Assembly: GCA_951406725.2 (NCBI GenBank)
Contig: OX597820.1
Span: forward strand, 9,052,001 to 9,116,000
From: Octopus vulgaris
Lineage: Eukaryota
Direction of reading: 5' to 3'
Length of the DNA stretch: 64,000 nt
In this document: positions 40,001-48,700 of the stretch, piece after piece
How the letters are laid out: each line of letters opens with the position of its first letter
Numbering within the stretch: the first letter of the stretch is position 1
Translations under genes and position numbers: made by a program
Notes under the pieces: model-generated
Database searches by the model: none
Seen by the model: only the letters and a program-made list of their open reading frames with translations
What the model was told of the DNA's origin: nothing

Positions 40001-43000
40001 ATTAAGAATGTCTTATCAACCAGAACAGGATAAAATCAAAGACTGGCCGAAGATGGATGTCTAAGAGTGCCCGTGCTAGTAGGGTGCTAAGAGCACCACC
40101 CGAGCGTGATCGTTGCCAGAGCGGCTAACCGGCTTCCGTGCCAGTGGCACTTAAAAGACACCATTCAAGTGTGATTGTTACCAGCATCGCATTACTCGCA
40201 CTCAAGCCCCGTGCTAGTAGGGTATTAAGAGCACCATCGTTGCCAGAGTGGCTAACCAGCTTCCATGTCAGTGGCATGTAAAAGGCACCATTCGAGCGTG
40301 ATTGTTACCAGCGTCACCTTACTGGCACCTGTGCCGGTGGCATGTATAAAAAGATTCAAGCGAGGTCGTTGCCAGTACCGCTTGACTGGCCCCGTGCTGG
40401 TGGTACATAAAAGCACCCACTACACTCTCGGAGTGGTTGGCGTTAGGAAGGGCATCGAGCTGTAGAAACTCTGCCAGATCAAGATTGGAGCCTGGTGCAG
40501 CCATCTGGTTCGCCAGCCCTCAGTCAAAATCGTCCAACCCATGCTATAATGGAAAGTGGACGTTAAATGATGATGATGATGGAATCGATGTCTTTCATAC
40601 TATTTATAGACTGTTACATCATCATCATCACCACATAAGAAACACCTATGCCAGCGCTATGTAAAAAGCATTCATGCAGGTGCCGTGTAAAGAAAATAGC
40701 CATTACACTTTGTAAAGTGGTTGGCATTAGGAAGAGCATCCAGCTGGAGAAGCCATGCCAAAAACAGAAGCCTGGTGCCACTGCACCAGTCTCCCAGCTC
40801 CTGGCAAACCATCCGACCCATGCCAGCATGGAAAACAGGCAGTAAATTATGATTTTCCACAGCTTGATGCCTTTCTTGTTGCCAGCCCTCGGCTGTTTCC
40901 AATCTCTCTCTATATAAAGCTGAAGTTGTCTGTGTATGGCAGGTTTGGTATCCTTCAACTAACACTATCTCCTCTGAGACCCTGCGACACAAGTTGACCA
41001 AAATTGAGAGTATGATAGAAGAAGGCTTGCTCTTCCTTCCGTAGAAGAAAAAATTCAAATCGGACCATGTTAGCACCAAAAATTATTTACATCAAAAAGG
41101 TGCTTTTTTTCTATGAAAATCTCTATTTTTTCCGATTTTTTGACTGCTGTGTCACCATTTTTTGGTGTATTTCAACCAGAAAAATGTTCACTGAAAGAAA
41201 ATAACAAGCTACATAATGCAAATTTTTTTACTTTTCAAAATTCCAATTCTAAAGGGTCGAAACAAACCCGAGCAACGCTGGGCGATACTGCTAGTTAAGG
41301 TAATATTTCCCCACAACCAAACATATTTTCATGGAAGATTGGAAATGAATGACACTGCTTGCATGACGGGGACACTCATTTACAGCTATCGCATGATGTC
41401 AAAGCAAAGAGACAGTAACACACACACACATATATGTATATATATATATATATATACATAGAAAATCTGCCCCATGCGAGCATGGAAAAATACTGGTTAA
41501 AACAATGATGATGATGATATACAATGGATTCCTTTCAGTTTCCATTTACAAATCCATACCAGTGACACATAGAAAGCACCATCCGAATGTGGCAGATGCC
41601 AGCGCCGCCTGACTGGCATCCATGTCGGTGACATGTAAAAGCACCAACTGATCGTGGTCGTTTGCCAGCCTGCTCTGGCCCCTGTGCTGGTGGCACGTAA
41701 AAACACCCACTACATTCTCGGAGTGGTTGGCATTAGGAAGGGCATCCAGCTGTAGAAACACTGCCAGATCAGACCAGAGCCTGATGCAGCCTCCATGGCT
41801 TTCCAGACCCCAGTCGAACCGTCCAACCCACGCTAGCATGGAAAACGGACGTTAAACGATGATGATGGAACCCACTCACTAGGGTTTGGTTGGCCTGAGG
41901 TTATAGTAGAAGACAGTTTCCCACAGTGCCATGTAATGAGACTGAACCTGGCAAGGGGCCGGTGGTTTGATAGGATCCACTGCATTGTGCTCCACCTGCT
42001 CTGGCATGGTTTTCGCAACTGGATACTGCCAACCAGCTTGTATCATGCATTGGGTGATATTTTCATGTCACCTGCACTATTGAAGTCACCATGCAGTTCA
42101 CAGGACAAGCCCTGGGAGAGCAACTGGGGAGGGGTTTGACTTAATGCTAGGGAACAAAGGGGTTACTATGAGGGAGGGGAGAGAGGAGGTTATTTATTTA
42201 TTAAATAAATATCTTACCTGGTAAATATAGATATGTTCAAAATTGTCAGTATTTTTGGTCTTTTCCTAAGAATAAAAGAAAAAAGGTTTTTAAGTAAAAC
42301 ATTAGAGAAATAGAAATATTAAATTTCTAAATATCTGAGAGAGTGGCTGTGTGGTAAGTAGCTTGCTAACCAACCACATGGTTCCGGGTTCAGTCCCACT
42401 GCGTGGCATCTTGGGCAAGTGTCTTCTGCTATAGCCCCGGGCCGACCAATGCCTTGTGAGTGGATTTGGTAGACGGAAACTGAAAGAAGCCTGTCGTATA
42501 TATGTATATATATATATATGTGTGTGTGTTTGTGTGTCTGTCCCCCTAGCATTGCTTGACAACCGATGCTGGTGTGTTTATGTCCCCGTCACTTAGCGGT
42601 TCGGCAAAAGAGACCGATAGAATAAGTAGTGGGCTTACAAACAATAAGTCTCGGGGTCGATTTGCTCGACTAAAGGCGGTGCTCCAGCATGGCCACAGTC
42701 AAATGACTAAAACAAGTAAAAAAAAAAAAAAAAAAAAAGATATAAGCAGTGGCGGAACGAGAGAGCAGTTGTATACTGTCAACTTAACGTGACAGTCCCG
42801 TAAAGGGAATCACACCACCGCTATTTAGCCCTAGGAAGCATCAACGCTTCCTGTCGGCTTTGATACATTTCCTGTGTCCTTATGTTTACAAAGGGGAGAC
42901 AAGCACCCCCAACAGCCAGGCCTGCACCCAGAGACATGGTTCTGAGTCTTTGCTTATCATCAGTCTGGAGTAGCATGGACTGCTAGCTGAAGATACCTGT

Positions 43001-45204
43001 CTAGCCTCTGTAAACATATATATTTTCAGTGAAGTATAATCACCGATCACCAAAAATAGAAATATTAAATTTCTAAATATCTCAGAGAGATATAAGCAGT
43101 GGTGGAACGAGAGAGCAGTTGTATACTGTCAACTTAACGTGACAGTCCCATGAAGGGAATCACACCACTGCTATTTAGCCCTAGGAAGCATCAACGCTTC
43201 CGGTCGGCTTTGACACAAATGTTTTCTGTATATTTTACGTCTTCACATCTATGTCTTCATGCTCAAATAGTTATAGTTCTGTGTTTCTAAATAATTGCAG
43301 CTCACCCGTTAGAGCAGTTGGATAAATGATTTTTTGCATTTTTAACCCTTTCAATGTCAGGTGAAAATGGCAAGCTTGAATGAATTGAGTGGGTTTAGGT
43401 AAAAATTAATTAAACTTAGAGAATAATAAAAATTGTAGCAATGATCTGAATTCATTACTCTTTTACATGTTTCAGTCATTTGGCTGCGGCCATGCTGGAG
43501 CACCGCCTTTAGTCGAGCAAATCGACCCCGGGACTTATTGTTTGTAAGCCCAGTACTTATTCTATCGGTCTCTTTTGCCGAACCGCTAAGTGACAAGGAC
43601 GTAAACACACCAGCATCGGTTGTCAAGCAATGCTAGGGGACAAACACACATACATATATACGACAGGCTTCTTTCAGTTTCCGTCTACCAAATCCACTCA
43701 CAAGGCTTTGGTTGGCCTGAGGCTATAGTAGAAGACACTTGCCCATGGTACCACGCAGTGGGACTGAACCCAGAACCATGTGGTTGGTAAACAAGCTACT
43801 TACCACACAGCCACTCCTGCGTCAATATTTTTTTATATATTTCCTTTGTAGTGACGCCTGGTTCCAGACACCATTTTGGGATTTTCATCCACGCATGCGC
43901 AGGGATTAGAGTCTTCTGGAAGGCCTGCCGGAAGCCCCTTATGCACATGCACAGTCATCAGCAGCAGCTAGGCTTGACCGCCATTCTTTCTCTCTTCATT
44001 CCTGCTGCCAACCGAGCCAGACGCAACTTGACCAGCTGTGTGTGGCTGGAATTCTGAAGGCGATCCACGACTTCGGTGAATCTGTGAAGAATGCCTTCAC
44101 AATTATGATTAAACTAACTCTGCTGTTTCCACACCAAGGCGGCTTGGCTACCAATTGTCCAGAGATGTAACACTTGTACAGACAGAAAAATAAATATTGC
44201 TATTTGTTCGGAGATTCTTGTTCCCACTATTTTCTTTTCCACAACTATGTAAGGAATTGTGAGGCACCCATCCAGTGCCAACCTCACTTCCTACACCTTT
44301 TTATTTTACTATCATGTGGTATGGCTTCCAAAAATTTAAACATCTGCATATCGTGTTGAAAGAATCATATTAGTATACTAAATGGTATACACTGTATTTT
44401 CTGGCATACAAGCCGACGTAGAATATAATGTAAACATTCAAACGTTGTCACTATCTTTTCAAATCCTGTTTGCATTTCACATGCAATTTTTGGTCCCCTA
44501 AAAGTTGTCTTGGTGTAAGCCAGCCTACCCTTTATACCCGTAAACTTTGGTCTGAAAAATTTGACTTGTATGCCATAAAAAAATGGTAAAATATTCCTTT
44601 TTTTCCCTAAAAAATATCTCAAAAAAATTACTCTGGGTCCTATATATGAATATTACATACTTTAATAAACTAAAAGCTTTTTTCTCTTGGATATGCACTA
44701 CCAGGAGTGGACTGAGCCATCAGTCAATCAGGCACTGCCCAAGGGCCTGGAGCTCTGAGGAGCCTGCACTCCTACATGTTAAGTCTACTAAAACACACAT
44801 TTAAAAGGGCCTGGTAAACAGTTATGCCCGAGGGCCCTTAACACTCTTAGTCCACCCCTGTGCACTACTGAAATTGGGGTGCATCTAATATGCCATTAAA
44901 TATGGTATAGTTAATAAGGGTAGGCCAAGATTTCTTATTTCCTTTGGAGAATTCACCTCCCTTCACAACACAGAAACTTCACTCCCATCACTAGTTCCCT
45001 TGGTCCCTTAACCCTTTACTTTATTATTCCTGCAGTTGTATCCCTTACAGACTGCCAACCACTCAACCATAAAGTAGCAATGGAATCTGTTGTCAAGCAA
45101 GGTGAAACAACCAAAATTATGGGGTTTTTTTTTCATTTTTTTTTACTATGTTATGTGTTTTTTATATTCTTCAGAATCAGATGGTTGAATTAGCTGTTTA
45201 AAAG

Positions 45205-45251
<47 letters not shown>

Positions 45252-45721
45252 TATCGTCATGCTTGACCGCTAAATCCAAAGTTTTTTTTTATTCTCTCTC
45301 TGTTTATTTTTTTTTTATTGTTCCTTTCTGTTGAAGAATGTGGGTTTGAAATGTCAAAGACTTTTCACTCAGTAAATATGCATATATATTTATATAAAAT
45401 ACATTATATAAATATATAATATATATATATATATATACTTTATTTTATTTTAAGCAGCAGAAAATTCAACAAAATCTGTTACTCTGAGTTTCTCGTTGCC
45501 GTTCATCAGACAGTTTTTGCTAGAATGGAACCGATATATCAATAATTGATATATCGGTTCCATTCTAGCAAAAACTGTCTGATGAACGGCAACGAGAAAC
45601 TCAGAGTAACAGATTTTGTTGAATTTTCTGCTGCTTAAATTAAAATAAAGCATATTACTCTACCACTGGTATTTGAGTACTCTTTTTTCCACCTTGTTTC
45701 ACATTTATGTGTTTACTCCGG

Positions 45722-45753
<32 letters not shown>

Positions 45754-48700
45754 TAAATATATACACACATATAACTTTTTCCAGTCTTTTGTTTCACACA
45801 CACACACACACACACAGAATGAATAAAACGGTCAAATTGAGATATTAGGATCAATTTAACTTACAGTTCCAAAAAAGACGACACCGACAAGATCACGATT
45901 ATTTTGAATAATTTTGTTTTTTAATGTGGATTGGACACACTGAAATAGAAATAAAAAATGGTAAGGTTAAGGTGAAAATATGCTGAAGTCAACAATAATT
46001 CAAGCTCGTATGTTTGGTGTTAGGAAGGGCATCCAGCTGTAAAAATCCTGCCAAAACTGTCACAGAAGTCTGGTGCAAGATTCTGCCTGGCCAGCTCTTG
46101 TGAAACCATCCCACTCATGCAAGCATGGAAGGCGGATGTTAAACAATGATGATAATAATAATAATAAAAACATTGTGTACAGTGCTCAGGTGCACTACAA
46201 AGGTAATGATGATGATGGTAAGAGCATCTTACCGCATTTTATGACTTACAAGCAACATGTACAATTTAAACAAAAACGAGCCAAGACAATAACTCAGAGT
46301 GGCACATATTTGAATAATATAGACGAATATAGGTATATATTATTCAAATATGTGCCACTCTGAGTTATTCTCTTGGCACTAAGTGGACATCCATTATGCT
46401 AGAAGTAGACCTCATATGGTCTTACTACTAAGAAAGGAATGTTCTCAAGTAAATTTAGCAAACACCAGAACGTAACCGAGCAAGACAAATTATTAATCTG
46501 TGACTAATCTGTATATTTGGTATCTTTTCATTTGTCTTACTCGCTTACGTTCTGGAGGAGAACATTCCTTTCTTAGTGGTAAGACCACAGAGGGTCGACT
46601 TCGAGCATATGGATGTCCACTTAGTGGTCATCCCTTTTATATGTATATAATATAATTTTTCTGAATCTTCAGATTTTTCTATATGCTAGACCACTGGTTT
46701 TAAATTGATATTAATCAAATTAATATTCAATTTTTCACCCTTATTACTTTAAATTTATATATATATATATATATATTTAGAATGGGTTTCTTTCAGTTTC
46801 CATCTACCAAATCCAATTATAAGGCTTTGGTTGGTGTAGGGGTATAAAAGACATTTGCACAAGATGCCATGCAATGGAATTGAACATGAAACTAAGTTGT
46901 TGAGAGGGAAACTTCTTAACTACACAGCCAAGCCTGCAACAAGCAGTCAAGAAGTATTTCAGCCTCAAACAACTGATAATTCTATAAAAAGCCTCTACAC
47001 AAGTCAGAAACAGAACATAGTCAAAGGCATTTAGACTGGAGTTCCTACTATTACAGATGAGCATTAATTCTGGATAACAGCCAAGAAAAAAAAAAAAAAC
47101 CCAGCTACATACATGCTTGGCATTTTTTATTTACCAACATTTATTTCTTCTACCAAACCCACAACTGCATTTTTTTCTGAACTTGCCAACTCAACAGCAC
47201 TCCATACCACCCACTGAACCAACAAAGGGGTTTCTAAATAGTTGTGCAATCTGCTGGAAATTGGAAATTAGCAAGTAGAGAGGCTGTGTAGTAAGAAGCT
47301 TACTTTCCAACCACATGGTTCTGGGTTCAATCCCACTGTCTTTACGTTCTGAGTTCAACTTTACCTTTCATCCTTTCAGGGTTGATAAATTAAGTACCAG
47401 TTGTGTACTGGGGTCGATGTAATCGACTGGCCCCCTCCCTAAAATTTCAAGCCTTGTGCCTACAGCAGAAAAGAAAAGAACTTGGACAAGTGTATTCTAC
47501 TATAGACTTGGACTGTCCAAAACCTTATGAGTGTCACAGTCTTAGGCAAGTGTCTTCTACTATAGCCTCAGGCCGACAAAAGCCTTGTGAGTGGATTTGG
47601 CAGTCAGAAACTGAAAGAAGCCCATTGGTATATATGTGTGTGTGTGTGTCTGTATTTGTTCTCCATCACCAGTTGACAACTAGCGTTGGTATGTTTACAC
47701 CCCCCTAACTTAGTGGTTCAGCAAAAGAGACCAATGGAATAGGTACCAGGCTTAAAACAAAAAAAAAAAAACAATAAGTACTAGGGTCAGTTCATTCGAC
47801 CAAATATTCTTCAAGGTGCTGCCCCAGCCTGGCCACAGTCTAATGACTGAAACAAGATAAAACTATCGTTTCTGCAAATCACACCCTATTTTAAAAAGGA
47901 AAGACTCACTACATAATATGTTCCTGGACACATCGTCATCATCATCACCATCATCATTTAACATCCACTTTTCCATGCTTGCATAAGTTAGGAGGTTACT
48001 TGAGGCAGATTTTCTACAGCCAAATGCCCTTCCTGTTGCCAACTGTCGCCTCTTTCCAAGCAAGTAATATTTCCCCATGGCACATGGCTTTAGTGGTTAG
48101 GATCCGAGCATGATCATTGCCAGAGCAGCTATCTGGCCTCCGTGCCAGTGGCACATAAAAGGCACCATTCGAGCATGATCGTTATCAGCATCGCCTTACT
48201 GGCACCCGTGACGGTGGCATGTGTAAAAGATTCGAGCGAGGTCGTTGCCAGTACCGCCTGACTGGCCCCGTACCGGTGGCACTTAAAAGCACCCACTACA
48301 CTCTCGGAGTGGTTGGCATTAGGAAGGGCATCCAGCTGTAGAAACTCTGCCAGATCGGACTGGAGCCTGGTGCAGCCATCTGGTTCACCAGTCCTCAGTC
48401 AAACCATCCAACCCATGCCAGCATGGAAAGCGGATGTTAAACGATGATGATGATGATGTCAAAACAAGGAGACACAAGCATACTCACACACACACACATT
48501 ATCATCATCATTTTACATCCATTGTCCATGCTGGCATGGGTTGGACAGTTTGACTGGGCTGGCAAGCTGGAAGGCTGCACCAGACACCAGTCTGATTTGG
48601 CATGGTTTTCTATGGCTAGATGCCCTTCCTAATGCCAACCACTCTGAGAATGTAATGGGCGCTTTTACATGCCACCGGCATAAGTGCCAATTTGCATGAC

